Positions 1-7,562 of a stretch of DNA of 54,799 bases are shown here, piece by piece. Positions within the stretch are counted from its first letter, which is position 1, and every line of letters starts with the position of its first letter. The stretch covers positions 5,549 to 60,347 of the forward strand of contig CAYPGK010000009.1 of assembly GCA_964410055.1 (NCBI GenBank), in the 5' to 3' direction. The stretch is from an uncultured Gemmatimonadaceae bacterium (GTDB taxonomy: Bacteria > Gemmatimonadota > Gemmatimonadetes > Longimicrobiales > RSA9). The position numbers and the translations under genes are program-made. A model generated the notes under the pieces. It was given only the letters and a program-made list of their open reading frames with translations, was not told the origin of the DNA and did no database searches.

Positions 1-63
1 CCGGCGTTCGCGGTGGTGGGGCCGGCGTTCGCGGCGGTGGCCCCAGAGTTCGGGGCGGCTGCG
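1..63. repeat. Degenerate 21-bp tandem repeat, 3 copies visible, may continue left of the window
   Basis: ccggcgttcgcggtggtgggg / ccggcgttcgcggcggtggcc / ccagagttcggggcggctgcg at 1-21, 22-42, 43-63. Confidence 0.6.
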
Positions 64-232
64 CCGAAACGCACAAACAACGCTCTCGGCGCCGCGCTTG
101 ATCAGTTGGGGTCAATAGATCATCCCAATCGATCAAAGAATTGCGGCGTTGGAGATCGGTGTGCAGTTGGGGGGATATATTCGCCCCAATCGATCAAACG
201 TGCGACGACGGCCGTTGATTGTGCGATTGGGG
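63..232. repeat. Element of six alternating 14-bp inverted motifs, copy A
   Basis: Motifs near CCCCAATCGCACAA or its reverse complement at 63, 98, 123, 159, 184, 219; spacers 21/11/22/11/21 nt; aligns without gaps to the reverse complement of 29111-29280. Confidence 0.8.
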
Positions 233-512
233 GCGTTCACCGAACGCGCTCATCGATCCAGCGTGGCCCGGCCCGGCAGCCGCCACCGGAAGCGTGCGAA
301 GGTGCGATTGGAAGAGGTTGGCGGCTCACACGCCCGCCCGCGTCCGCCCGGGTCTCGCCCACGGGTTCGCCTGGCGCCCGGCCCCCGGCGCGGCTCGCCT
401 CGGCTCGCGCCCAACCCCCACGCAACCCCCGCACCGGAAACCGCACCTGCACCCGTCCCCACCCACCCCTCGCCCGCAGCCGCACCCGCACCGGCCGATC
501 ACCCAATCCGCA

Positions 513-2393
513 TCACTCCGCCACAGCCTCCACCTGATACGCGATCCCCCACGCGCCGGGGCCCAGATGGGTGGCGAGGGCGGGGGAGGCGGGGGAGGCA
601 ATGATCTCGGCGGCGGGGTAGCGCTCGTGGATCGCGGCGCGGATGGCCGGCACGATCTCGGGGACGCCAACGTGGATGACGCCGAAGCGGACGCGCGCAC
701 GGTCGGGCGGCGCCTGGTCCTGGATCAGATCGAGCATCTTCGGCAGCACGTTCTTCGGCCCCAGCACCTTGGCGGCGGGGACGATCCGTGCGTCCGGGGT
801 CAGCCCGAGGATCGGGCGGATGCGGAGCCGGCCGGCGAGCCAGGCCTGGCCGCGGGTGACGCGGCCCGAGGCCAGGAGGTTGTCGAAGGTGTCGACGGTG
901 AAGTAGATCCCCGAACGGTCGCGGATCCGGTCGAGCTCGGCGAGGATCTCATCGACCGGGGTGCCGAGTTCGGCGAGCTCTGCGGCGCGGAGGACGAGCA
1001 GCCCTTCGGTCAGCGATGCGCCCCTGGAGTCGAAGACGGTCACGGGCGCGTCCTCGAAGATCCGCGCCGCGGTCTCCCCCGAGGCAAAGGTGCCCGAGAG
1101 CGTCGAGGCGAGGAGGACGGCGAGGACGTGCTCGCCATCCTCTGCGGCGCGGGCGTACGCCTCGAGGAACGCCGCGGGCGGCGGCTGCGACGTCGTCGGA
1201 CGCTCGCCGCGGCGGAGCCGCTCGACGAAGGTGTCGGAATCGATGTCGACGCGGTCGCGCAGCGACTCGTCGCCGTAGACCAGCGAGACGGGGACCACGT
1301 GGATCCCGTGGGCGCGCGCGATCTCGTCCGGCAGGTCCGCCACGCTGTCGGTCACGATCGCGATCGGGCGGCGGGCGAGGTGGACGTGCGACGATGCGGC
1401 GCGCTCGATCGCGGCGTGCTGCGCGTGCATGTCCTCGGCCTTGTGCGCCACGAGCTCGCCGATCTCGCGCAGCCGAGCGAAGACCGCCTCGGGATCGTCC
1501 GTGTGGATGTGCACCTTGAGCACGCCGGCGCCGCGGATCACGATCAGCGAGTCGCCGAGCCCGGTGAGCGCGGCGCGCACGACGTCGGCTCCGGGGAGTG
1601 CGTCGCTCCGAACCAGTCCCTCGGTGCAGAAGCGGTGCTGGTCCGACACATCGACGTGCGCGGCGGCCATGGGGTCGGCGTCGTCGGTAGCGAGCGCGGC
1701 GTCCGCGGAAGCCGCGGCTGCGGAAGCATCGCCGTTCTCGACGGTCGGGGTGCCTTTCCCAGGTCCGGAACTAGGCGCGGCGGTGCCGCGGACCAGCGAG
1801 GCGACGCCTTCGAGAAAGTGGACGAAGCCTTTGGCGCCGGCGTCCACGACGCCGGCAGAGCGCAGGACGGGGAGCAGATCCGGCGTGCGGGCTAGCGCCT
1901 CGCGGGCGCGGGCGACGAGGCGGTCGAGCAGCTCGACGAAATCCGAGGTCTGTGACTGCTCCGCCTCCTCCGTCGTCTCACGGATGACGGTGATGATCGT
2001 CCCCTCGACGGGGCGCTCGAGCGCGGAGTAGAGATGGTCGGCGGCGCGGCGCAGGGCGACGACGAACTCCGCCACGCTCAGCCGCTCCCGCCCCTCGACG
2101 GCCGCCGAAAAGCCGAGGAGGAAGTGCGAGAAGATCATCCCGCAGTTGCCGCGGGCGCCGAGCACGCCCGCGTCGGCCGCGCGACGAGCCACGGCCCAGA
2201 CCTCGCGCTCTCGAGTCGCCCGCAGGCCGTCCGCGATGCTGCGGACCGTCAGCGCGAGATTCGTCCCGGTGTCACCATCCGGTACGGGATAAACGTTGAT
2301 ACGATTGAGTTCCGCGCGGCAGTGCTGGGTATAGTCGCACGCCGCGATGAGAGCCCGCCGGAGCCTGGACCCGTCCAGATATGCGATCTGCAT
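513..2393 (-). CDS. DAK2 (FakA-like) / DegV (FakB-like) fusion protein, fatty-acid kinase-like
   Basis: N-terminal LNRINVYPVPDGDTGTNL, GARGNCG, PVEGTI and GVVDAGAKG DAK2 motifs; C-terminal IVTDS, PTTSQP and SxxLSGT DegV motifs; 626 aa. Confidence 0.92.
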   Translation of the reverse strand: MQIAYLDGSRLRRALIAACDYTQHCRAELNRINVYPVPDGDTGTNLALTVRSIADGLRATREREVWAVARRAADAGVLGARGNCGMIFSHFLLGFSAAVEGRERLSVAEFVVALRRAADHLYSALERPVEGTIITVIRETTEEAEQSQTSDFVELLDRLVARAREALARTPDLLPVLRSAGVVDAGAKGFVHFLEGVASLVRGTAAPSSGPGKGTPTVENGDASAAAASADAALATDDADPMAAAHVDVSDQHRFCTEGLVRSDALPGADVVRAALTGLGDSLIVIRGAGVLKVHIHTDDPEAVFARLREIGELVAHKAEDMHAQHAAIERAASSHVHLARRPIAIVTDSVADLPDEIARAHGIHVVPVSLVYGDESLRDRVDIDSDTFVERLRRGERPTTSQPPPAAFLEAYARAAEDGEHVLAVLLASTLSGTFASGETAARIFEDAPVTVFDSRGASLTEGLLVLRAAELAELGTPVDEILAELDRIRDRSGIYFTVDTFDNLLASGRVTRGQAWLAGRLRIRPILGLTPDARIVPAAKVLGPKNVLPKMLDLIQDQAPPDRARVRFGVIHVGVPEIVPAIRAAIHERYPAAEIIASPASPALATHLGPGAWGIAYQVEAVAE

Positions 2394-2399
2394 TCATCG

Positions 2400-2427
2400 A
2401 AGATAGACAAACGGCGCGTAGAAACAA
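2400..2427 (-). promoter_or_regulatory. Putative sigma70 promoter of the DAK2-DegV gene, possibly leaderless
   Basis: Minus strand TTGTTT-N16-TATCTT, ending 6 nt before the ATG; no Shine-Dalgarno. Confidence 0.4.
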
Positions 2428-2546
2428 GGGTTTGGGCCAGACGCGGCCGGGCCGGACCGACCCCCAACGACCTCGCACCCGAACGGCGCCGCGCACCGGC
2501 GCGGCGATCGGATCGACCGTTGCAGGAGAGGAGCCACCGGAAAGGC

Positions 2547-2575
2547 TTGCCAAGGTCCAGCGTGCTGGATAGAAT
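2547..2575 (+). promoter_or_regulatory. Putative sigma70 promoter of the TPR gene
   Basis: TTGCCA-N17-TAGAAT; the spacer holds the palindrome TCCAGC-gt-GCTGGA. Confidence 0.6.
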
Positions 2576-2754
2576 TGTCTGTTCAGCGACAGGGATTTTG
2601 GACCCCGGCGCACGACTCGCCTGCACCCGGACCGGCACAGCCGGTTCCGGGCCGCGAACTTTTCGTGGCCGGAAGGTTTAGAGCATTTCGGAACGTCATT
2701 TCAGGCCGCCGCCGTGGCCGCGTAATGTTTCCCGCAACCGTGGAGATCCCCGAG

Positions 2755-4503
2755 ATGGTGCACACGCGCAACTATCGTCGACTCACGCTAGTCCTGTCGC
2801 TCGGATTGGTGGTCGGCGGACTCGCGCTGGCGTCGCCCGCAGAGGCACAGGACCGGTTCCGCGTTCTCGTGCCGAAGTCGCTGGCTCGTGAAGGCGACGT
2901 CAAGAAGAACTTCGGCGAGAACGTGTCGAAGGAGCTGAGGAAGCTGATCGACGACCTCCCGACGCACCGGCCGGTCGAAAAGAACGACCTCAAGGACGTG
3001 CTGAAGCAGTTCCGACTGAAGGAAGACGACCTGGTCAACTGCATTACGGCGCGTCAGCTCGCGGCTCAGACCGGCTTCGAGCTGGTCATGTGCGGGACTT
3101 ACGCCGCCGCGGGGGATGGGTTCGCGGTGAGCGCCCAGTTCATCAGCCCGCGGGAGAACTACGTGTTCGATGTGCCGTCGTTCAATTCGTCGGATCACCG
3201 CGAAGCGGCGCGGCACATCTTCGATTCGTTCCGTAACTACATTGAGTTGCTGAGCAACACGACCTACTGCATGGAGCACATCAACAGCCGGCAGTGGAGC
3301 GAGGCGCTCCAGCGCTGCGATGCGGCGCTGGCGATCGATTCGAACGCCGAGACGGCGCTCTACGGCCGTGGCTACGCGCTCATGCAGCTCGATCAGGACG
3401 AGGCGGCGCTGACGGCGCTGACCCAGGTGCTCGACCGCAACCCGATCCATCAGGATGCGCTGCAGGCCGCGGGGTACGTGACCGCGAAGCTGGGCCAGCT
3501 CGAGGAGTCGCGTAAGTACTACGGCCAGTACCTCGAGCTGAACCCCGGCGATGCGCGGGTCCGGCTGACGATCGCGAACGACGCGGCCAAGGCGGGCGAC
3601 CCCGAGGGCGCGCTCCAGATCGCCGAGGTCGGGCTACAGGGCGATTCCGTCGACCTGACGCTCGCCGAGTACGCGGGCTACTTCGCCATGGCCGCGGGTG
3701 CGAAGGCGCAGGCGGACGCTTCCGAGGGCGAGAGCGGCGGCGAGGTGCCCGGCTCGGCGGCGGGCTTCTACGAGAAGGCGCTCACCTACTTCGACCAGGT
3801 CCTCGCCTCGAACCCCGACTCGCTGCAGCCGAACTTCACGGTCAGCTACGTGAACGCGCTGACGCAGCTCGGCAGGACGCAGGAGGCGGCGGATCGCGGC
3901 GCCGAATTCGTGCGGCTCCAGCCGGACAACGTCCCGCTGTGGACCGTCTACGCCGCGGCGCTGAACGAGGCCGGCCGCCTGAGCGACGCACTCGCTGCGC
4001 TCGATTCGGTCCTTGCCAAGGACCCGAACGCGCCGAACGTCCGCGCGCGCAAGGGCCAGTGGCTGCTCCAGGCCGGGCAGCTCGATGCGGCCAAGACGGC
4101 GTTCAGCGCCGCGGTCGAGGCGGGGGAGATCACGGCCGATCAGGCCGCGCGTTCGTTCCTGGCAATCGGCGTGAACGACAAGTACCAGAAGAAGGACTAC
4201 GACGGCGCGCTGCCGTACCTGCGCGCGGCGCTCGATCTCGCTCAGGACCCGGAGAACCAGGGGATGGCCCACTTCTACATCGGCTACATCCTCTACGTCC
4301 AGGGCGAGCAGGTCCAGGCGCCGAGCACGGCCGCTTCGGCCCAGAAGGCGCTGCCGATCTTCCAGCAGTCGCGCGACCACCTGCAGAAGGCGAAGCCGTT
4401 CGCCGACACGAACGCGTCGGTCGCGAACAGCCTCCGGCAGCTCCTCACCAACGTGGATCAGTTCATCGAGATCCAGGAGCTGCTGATCAAGCGCGGCCGC
4501 TAG
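2755..4503 (+). CDS. Secreted tetratricopeptide-repeat protein
   Basis: ATG 2755 with GGAG upstream; signal peptide (RRLTLVLSLGLVVGGLALASPAEA-QD); many TPR-like helices (ALYGRGYALMQL, YLELNPGD). Confidence 0.85.
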   Translation: MVHTRNYRRLTLVLSLGLVVGGLALASPAEAQDRFRVLVPKSLAREGDVKKNFGENVSKELRKLIDDLPTHRPVEKNDLKDVLKQFRLKEDDLVNCITARQLAAQTGFELVMCGTYAAAGDGFAVSAQFISPRENYVFDVPSFNSSDHREAARHIFDSFRNYIELLSNTTYCMEHINSRQWSEALQRCDAALAIDSNAETALYGRGYALMQLDQDEAALTALTQVLDRNPIHQDALQAAGYVTAKLGQLEESRKYYGQYLELNPGDARVRLTIANDAAKAGDPEGALQIAEVGLQGDSVDLTLAEYAGYFAMAAGAKAQADASEGESGGEVPGSAAGFYEKALTYFDQVLASNPDSLQPNFTVSYVNALTQLGRTQEAADRGAEFVRLQPDNVPLWTVYAAALNEAGRLSDALAALDSVLAKDPNAPNVRARKGQWLLQAGQLDAAKTAFSAAVEAGEITADQAARSFLAIGVNDKYQKKDYDGALPYLRAALDLAQDPENQGMAHFYIGYILYVQGEQVQAPSTAASAQKALPIFQQSRDHLQKAKPFADTNASVANSLRQLLTNVDQFIEIQELLIKRGR

Positions 4504-4532
4504 TCGCGGCGGGTCGCTGGTCCCGAGAAACG

Positions 4533-4568
4533 GGCCGGGAGCGTGAGTCCACGCTCCCGGCCTTTTTT
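4533..4568 (+). terminator. Rho-independent terminator
   Basis: GGCCGGGAGCGTG-agtc-CACGCTCCCGGCC followed by TTTTTT, 30 nt after the TPR stop. Confidence 0.9.
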
Positions 4569-4634
4569 CGTGCTCCGTATCGGTGCCGCCGTCCGGCTCG
4601 GATGACCTGGAGCGAGGCCACGATTCACTCCGGG

Positions 4635-5519
4635 CTAAGGTGCCATGACGGTCAGTCGGCGCGGGCAGAGGGAGTAGCGGAAGCTGCGCGCCCGCACCGG
4701 CTCTCCGTCCGCGTTCACCGAAATCGTCTCCGAGGGCGTGACCACGATCGAGGCGGCGCGGGTGTAGCGCACGCCCGGGCTCTCGAGGTGCGTCCCGGCC
4801 CGGAGGTCCGGAAGCAGCGCGAGGAAATCGAGCCGGGGCATCGCCTCCACCACGAGCAGGTCCAGCATCCCGTCCCCCAACTCCGCGCGCGGTGTGAGGA
4901 GGCTTCCGCCCCCCGTCCGCCGCGCATTCCCCACCGCGAAGAGCAGGATCTCGCCCTCGTAGAACCGCCGCCCGTCCGTGGTGAATCGAGCCCCGGTCGG
5001 GCGCAGCTCCACGAACTCCCGCGCGCCGGTGACGATGTAGGCGAGCGGGCCGAGGAGGCGCTTCGTCTCGCTCGGCGTCTGCTCCGTCGCCTCCGCGCCG
5101 AAGCCCCCGGTCGAGACGTTCACGAAGAGGCGGTCGTTCACGCGTGCGACGTCGATGTCTAGCGGCCGGCCCTCCACGGCGACCCGCGCGGCGGCATCGA
5201 GATCGTGCGGGATCCCCAGCCCCATCGCGAAGTCGTTCCCCGTGCCGATCGGCAGGATTCCGAGCCGGGGCGGATTGCGTAGCCGGCCGAGGCCGTTGAC
5301 GACCTCGTTCACCGTGCCATCGCCGCCGGCGGCGATCACCACCTCGGCACCCGCCCGGGCCGACGCGCGCGCCAGGCGAGTCGCATCGCCGGCCTCGAAG
5401 GTGAGGTGCGGCCACACCCGGTGCCCCTCCGCACGCAGCCGCGCAATGACGGAGCGCAGCGCTTCGAGGCGCTGCGGATCGCCCCGCGGGTGCATGATCA
5501 GCGCGACGGTCAGCGGCAC
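4635..5519 (-). CDS. Diacylglycerol-kinase-family lipid kinase (YegS/DgkB-like)
   Basis: AAGGDGTVNEVVNG, LPIGTGNDFA, LGPLAY and NADGE motifs; 294 aa. Confidence 0.9.
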   Translation of the reverse strand: MPLTVALIMHPRGDPQRLEALRSVIARLRAEGHRVWPHLTFEAGDATRLARASARAGAEVVIAAGGDGTVNEVVNGLGRLRNPPRLGILPIGTGNDFAMGLGIPHDLDAAARVAVEGRPLDIDVARVNDRLFVNVSTGGFGAEATEQTPSETKRLLGPLAYIVTGAREFVELRPTGARFTTDGRRFYEGEILLFAVGNARRTGGGSLLTPRAELGDGMLDLLVVEAMPRLDFLALLPDLRAGTHLESPGVRYTRAASIVVTPSETISVNADGEPVRARSFRYSLCPRRLTVMAP

Positions 5520-5757
5520 ATCGGGCCTCCCGTTTCGTCGAGGGCGTTCACGGCGCGGGGCGCTCGGCGGGCCATGGCGCCGAGCGCAGCCAGATCCGCG
5601 CCCGAGCCGCGCTCCAGCGGCGGATCAATTGCCTTTCGGGCGGCGGATCTGTGGCTCCACGGAGGCGGATTGTCGGCCTCCCGGGCGCGAATCCGGGCTG
5701 CGCGTCGTGGGTGCCGTCGGTGCAAATTCCTGGCCTATAAGGACTTGCAAGAAAGCC

Positions 5758-5786
5758 TTGACCGGGTGGGGCGTGATGCGTACCTT
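5758..5786 (+). promoter_or_regulatory. Putative sigma70 promoter of the dcw operon
   Basis: TTGACC-N17-TACCTT upstream of mraZ. Confidence 0.7.
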
Positions 5787-5796
5787 GGGGGCCGCG

Positions 5797-5824
5797 GTGG
5801 GGAGAAGTGGGGAGATGTGGGGAG
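5797..5824 (+). promoter_or_regulatory. MraZ-binding direct repeats
   Basis: GTGGGGAG x3 at 5797, 5807, 5817 (10-bp period), resembling known GTGG-type MraZ boxes upstream of mraZ. Confidence 0.85.
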
Positions 5825-5887
5825 CTCACCGGCACCCCGAGCACCGGGAGGCCCGATGGCGGGAACTCCGACCCCGAGGAGCGGGGA

Positions 5888-6316
5888 GTGACCTTTCTGG
5901 GGAGCTACACCTACCAGCTCGACGAAAAGGGTCGAGTCAGCCTTCCGGCCGCGTTCCGCCGGGAGGCGGGCGATCAGCGTTTCATCATGGTCCAGGCGTA
6001 CCGGCCGTCGCTGGCGCTCTACCCGGAGTCGGAGTGGGCGGGGGTCCAGGAACGGCTGAAGGAGCTGGTGCGTCATCAGCCGGAGGCTCGGCTGTGGGTG
6101 CTGTCGGTGATGGCGAACGCGGTGGAGGCGGTCCCGGACGGGCAGGGCCGGATCCTGATTCCGACGCGGCTGCAGGAGGCGGCGGAGCTGAACGGCCAGG
6201 TCCTGCTGGTGGGCGCGCTGGACAAGATCGAGTTGTGGAACCCGGAGCGGTTCGAGGAAGCGATGCGGGAGGGGGCGGGGAAGTTCGAGCGGTTCGCGCC
6301 TCAGATCTTCCGGTAG
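5888..6316 (+). CDS. mraZ: Transcriptional regulator MraZ
   Basis: GTG start after GAGGAG; FLGSY..LDEKGRVSLPAAFR, DGQGRILIP and IELWN motifs; first gene of dcw. Confidence 0.95.
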   Translation: MTFLGSYTYQLDEKGRVSLPAAFRREAGDQRFIMVQAYRPSLALYPESEWAGVQERLKELVRHQPEARLWVLSVMANAVEAVPDGQGRILIPTRLQEAAELNGQVLLVGALDKIELWNPERFEEAMREGAGKFERFAPQIFR

Positions 6317-6321
6317 CCGGC

Positions 6322-7251
6322 GTGGACGGGTCGATCCGTCATGTGCCGGTGATGCTGCAGGAGGTGCTCGAGTATCTACGTCCCGAGCGAGGTGGGTTGT
6401 ACTTCGACGGGACCTTGGGAGACGGCGGTCATAGCGAAGCGATCCTCAGCGCGGGCGCAGACGTCCGCGTGATCGGCGTGGATCAGGATCCGGAGGCCCT
6501 TGAAGTGGCGGCACGGCGGCTGGCGCGATTCGGAGCGCGAGTAGAGCTGCGGCTTACGAACTTTGCCGATGCGGCGGAGTCGTTGCGCGAGCCGCTTGCG
6601 GGCGCATTGCTGGATCTGGGCCTGTCGTCGCGTCACCTCGACGAGACGGGGCGCGGCTTTTCCTTCCGCCCCGGCACACCCCTGGACATGCGAATGGCAG
6701 GACCTGCCGCCGAGGGCGTCCCCACGGCGGCGGATCTGTTGAACGAGCTTCCGGAGCGGGAGCTCGCGGACCTGTTCTGGCGCTACGGCGAGGAGCGTCG
6801 TTCGCGGCGTCTTGCGGCGGAAGTCGTGCGGCGTCGGAAGGAGGCGCCGTTCCGCACGAGCGACGACCTGGTCGCGGTGCTGGAGCGCGTCTTCGGCGGT
6901 CGTCTCACGGCACAGGACAAGGCGCGGATCTTCCAGGCGCTGCGGATCGCGGTGAACGACGAGCTGGGCGCGCTGGAGCGTGCGCTCCCGGCGCTGCGCG
7001 ATGCGCTGGAGCCGGGCGGCGTGCTGGTGGTGCTGTCGTACCATTCGCTGGAGGATCGGCGGGTCAAGGAATCGTTCCGGGAATGGAGCCGGGCTTGCAT
7101 CTGTCCGCCGGAGTTGCCGGTGTGCCGGTGTCGGGGGCGTCCGCTGGGCGAGACGCTGACGCGCAAGCCGGTCGTGCCGACGCCGGAGGAGGTGGAGTCG
7201 AACCCGCGGGCGCGCAGCGCGCGGCTGCGAGCGTGGCGGAGGGCGGCGTGA
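6322..7251 (+). CDS. rsmH: 16S rRNA m4C1402 methyltransferase RsmH
   Basis: HVPVML, DGTLGDGGHS, LDMRM, FQALRIAVN, SYHSLEDR and NPRARSARLR motifs; real start near 6322, not 5155. Confidence 0.95.
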   Translation: MDGSIRHVPVMLQEVLEYLRPERGGLYFDGTLGDGGHSEAILSAGADVRVIGVDQDPEALEVAARRLARFGARVELRLTNFADAAESLREPLAGALLDLGLSSRHLDETGRGFSFRPGTPLDMRMAGPAAEGVPTAADLLNELPERELADLFWRYGEERRSRRLAAEVVRRRKEAPFRTSDDLVAVLERVFGGRLTAQDKARIFQALRIAVNDELGALERALPALRDALEPGGVLVVLSYHSLEDRRVKESFREWSRACICPPELPVCRCRGRPLGETLTRKPVVPTPEEVESNPRARSARLRAWRRAA

Positions 7252-7562
7252 AGCGCGGGCAGCCCGGGGTGATCCGCGTCGCGCTCGGCTTCGCCGCGCT
7301 GCTCGCGTCGCTGAGCCTGGTGATCTGGCGTCAGAGCCGCGCGCTCGAGGTGCTGCGCGCCCTCGATGGAGTGCGCCGTGAGCGGGCGGTCGTTGAGGCG
7401 GAGCGAGCGGCGCTGCTGCAGCGGATCCGTCGTCTGGAGAGCCGGAGCCGGGTGGTGGCGGAGGCGGGCGAAAGGTTGGGGATGCACGTACCAACGGGTG
7501 CGGAGATCGTGATCCTGCCGATGGGCGCGGCATCGGGTGCGGAGCCGGAGGTGGTGCGGTGA
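7248..7562 (+). CDS. ftsL: Cell division protein FtsL
   Basis: GTGA overlap with rsmH; single TM helix, coiled coil, A.ERLGM..P; lies between rsmH and ftsI. Confidence 0.8.
   Translation: MKRGQPGVIRVALGFAALLASLSLVIWRQSRALEVLRALDGVRRERAVVEAERAALLQRIRRLESRSRVVAEAGERLGMHVPTGAEIVILPMGAASGAEPEVVR

Noticed and set aside
63-232. CRISPR array or integron attC interpretation of the six-motif elements (also 29111-29280)
   Set aside because: Motifs alternate in orientation and are degenerate, there are only three periods, spacers are homologous between copies, and no cas gene, integrase or cassette ORF is present.
13-604. ORFs 13..537 and 149..604
   Set aside because: They run through repeat and low-complexity DNA and have no recognisable motifs; likely spurious in high-GC sequence.
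5155-6321. Long N-terminal extension of the rsmH ORF (698 aa)
   Set aside because: It overlaps the lipid kinase, the promoter and mraZ; homology starts near 6322. The same applies to over-extended ORF-track starts for murF, murD, murG, murC, ftsQ, recG, fliW and fliO-fliP.
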